A model generated the notes under the pieces. The model made no database searches, was not told the DNA's origin, and saw nothing but the letters and a program-made list of their open reading frames with translations. Source: an uncultured Janthinobacterium sp. (GTDB taxonomy: Bacteria; Vulcanimicrobiota; Vulcanimicrobiia; Vulcanimicrobiales; Vulcanimicrobiaceae). Taken from it: DNA of 26,322 nucleotides. The stretch is taken from NCBI GenBank assembly GCA_964658025.1, contig CAZZXB010000015.1, positions 5,648-31,969 of the forward strand. The letters are read 5' to 3'. Made by a program: the position numbers and the translations under genes. Each line of letters starts with the position of its first letter. Within the stretch, counting starts at the first letter, position 1. Positions 26,135 to 26,322 of the stretch are shown piece by piece.

Positions 26135-26322
26135 CTAACGGCGACGATTCATTCGGCTCGCGCCTCGCAGATGGGCGAGACCGCGCATGCGAGAAAGAGC
26201 CGAGCGTCGCGCCGAAAGCGTTTGCACGCCGGTCGTCCCCGCGGGCTGCGTAAACGCCGTCGCGGAAGAGATCGTGATGTCGGCCTGTCCGTTCGCGCCG
26301 GTCAACGTCGGCGACGGATTTC
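26135..26322 (-). CDS. Partial C-terminus of a second lipoprotein paralogous to 21254..22549 (absent from the ORF track)
   Basis: Manual translation from 26320 gives NPSPTLTGANGQADITISSATAFTQPAGTTGVQTLSARRSALSRMRGLAHLRGASRMNRRR*. This aligns with KPAPTILGGRGEDDITISSSPLHAQGTNGVLSSIARRVASSFRQR* of the first lipoprotein. Confidence 0.85.
   Translation of the reverse strand, partial: NPSPTLTGANGQADITISSATAFTQPAGTTGVQTLSARRSALSRMRGLAHLRGASRMNRRR

Noticed and set aside
26059..26253. Plus-strand 64-aa ORF
   Set aside because: It overlaps antisense the lipoprotein-paralogue C-terminus and its hairpin, which have homology support.

Overview
A GC-rich bacterial chromosomal window, mostly minus-strand housekeeping genes. 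It contains no rRNA, tRNA, CRISPR array or mobile element that I can see. From left to right: a possible 3' end of a Uma2-like gene; a START/SRPBCC protein; a PatA-like class-III aminotransferase; dusB; a CoA-biosynthesis run (FHA protein-panC-coaBC-coaX); a small acidic hypothetical; a PilZ protein; a YnbB-like PLP enzyme; an orphan Lac/Cel-family PTS EIIC; lexA divergent from a YneA/ChiZ-like LysM gene with two GAAC-N4-GTTC-type SOS boxes; a small CxxC/HxxH protein; a large Cys-rich TonB-dependent receptor (TBDR); a thiolase-hbd-acyl-CoA dehydrogenase-sucC-sucD run; a second TBDR paired with a lipoprotein; and, at the right edge, the C-terminus of a paralogous lipoprotein that the ORF track misses. 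Gram-positive-type SOS and PTS genes together with outer-membrane TBDRs point to a diderm Terrabacteria lineage such as Vulcanimicrobiota/Eremiobacterota (inference). The best leads are (1) an apparently repeated TBDR + non-SusD lipoprotein module with a basic TonB-box-like motif and Arg-rich lipoprotein tails, (2) a 47-bp tandem duplication that forms a GTGA-coupled relay of two 16-aa ORFs, and (3) non-canonical active-site residues in CoaX and CoaBC. All family calls come from motif recognition by eye; no searches were run.
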